NCBI GenBank assembly: GCA_040880065.1
Contig: JBBDJE010000003.1
Location: forward strand, 102,772-166,771
Length of the DNA stretch: 64,000 nt
Direction of reading: 5' to 3'
Source of the DNA: Paracoccaceae bacterium
Lineage (GTDB): Bacteria > Pseudomonadota > Alphaproteobacteria > Rhodobacterales > Rhodobacteraceae
The position numbers and the translations under genes were made by a program. The notes under the pieces are model-generated. The model was not told the origin of the DNA. It saw nothing but the letters and a program-made list of their open reading frames with translations, and made no database searches. Positions 61,617 through 64,000 of the stretch are shown in pieces (the first letter of the stretch is position 1; every line of letters starts with the position of its first letter).

Positions 61617-62015
61617 TTAAAGCCCGAGTTGGCTGCCGAGTGTCTTCAAATCGTTCACCCGCAGCGCGGTGGCGGCCTTGTTTTCCTCGGCGGCATTGGC
61701 TGCGGCGGTTTCCGCATCGCTTATCAGCCCTGCCAGCATGTCCGCGCCAAACTCGGCCTTGGGCACCGCCACTTCGGCCAGAATCGAGGCACCGGCCGAA
61801 GACAATTCGGCAAAGCCACCGGTGACCACATATTCGGTTACCGCATTGCCCACATGCACACGCACCAAGCCGGGGCGCAGCGTGGTCAGGAACGGCGCAT
61901 GCTCTGCCATGGCCGTAAGATCACCTTCGGCACCCGGAATTTCCACCGCGTCGGCAGCCAGCGAGGCCAACTGCCGCTCGGGGGAAACCAGATCAAACTG
62001 CATCGTTTCGGCCAT
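61617..62015 (-). CDS. atpC: F0F1 ATP synthase subunit epsilon
   Basis: 132 aa. MQFDLVSPERQLAS...LVRVHVG. It lies directly downstream of atpD. Confidence 0.93.
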   Translation of the reverse strand: MAETMQFDLVSPERQLASLAADAVEIPGAEGDLTAMAEHAPFLTTLRPGLVRVHVGNAVTEYVVTGGFAELSSAGASILAEVAVPKAEFGADMLAGLISDAETAAANAAEENKAATALRVNDLKTLGSQLGL

Positions 62016-62031
62016 TTTGGGCCCCTTTCAC

Positions 62032-64000
<1,969 letters not shown>

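Overview
High-GC chromosomal backbone. Gene content and synteny look alphaproteobacterial, probably Rhodobacterales-like; this is an inference, since no search was possible. Almost everything is housekeeping, listed left to right. (1) tolB'-tolA-tolR-tolQ-ybgC and ruvB-ruvA-ruvC, with an unexplained repeat/membrane gene wedged between ruvB and ybgC. (2) DUF1127, prmA, an MFS transporter, yeeE, rpsD, rlmJ. (3) Class II ribonucleotide reductase, DUF1489, peroxiredoxin, GNAT, HAD, DUF1993. (4) aspS, carB, a SleB-like hydrolase, tdk, HxlR, a 2-hydroxyacid dehydrogenase, csaA, phasin, proC, ybjN. (5) ubiK, lgt, a MidA-like methyltransferase, pgeF, Lrp, trxB, sat/cysC. (6) hsp20-DUF1150, DUF465, purEK, yegP, ArsR plus an ArsP-like permease, groESL with a CIRCE operator. 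(7) ppaC, HAD-IIA, MaoC, ribF, ycgN, ltaE, an HCCA isomerase, prs, an MFS transporter, dienelactone hydrolase and atpC-atpD-atpG'. I saw no rRNA, tRNA, CRISPR array, transposase, integrase or prophage block. The unusual material is small and scattered. An AT-rich, in-frame block of about 83 codons sits inside aspS. Three lower-GC, Lys-rich single-gene wedges lie within about 11 kb: a 211-aa orphan with a RelE/ParE-like tail next to hsp20, an AbiJ/Abi_C (HEPN-motif) abortive-infection-like gene after purK, and a 521-aa orphan with a PG-binding-like head and a Gly/Ala-rich hydrophobic core next to groESL. A pentapeptide-like repeat membrane protein is translationally coupled on both sides inside the ruv/tol cluster. 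A GAAC-N7-GAAC (alphaproteobacterial SOS-box-like) site lies between nrdJ and DUF1489. Many long ORFs in the track are antisense shadow ORFs typical of GC-rich DNA and were rejected. All family calls come from motif recognition by eye and are not database results.
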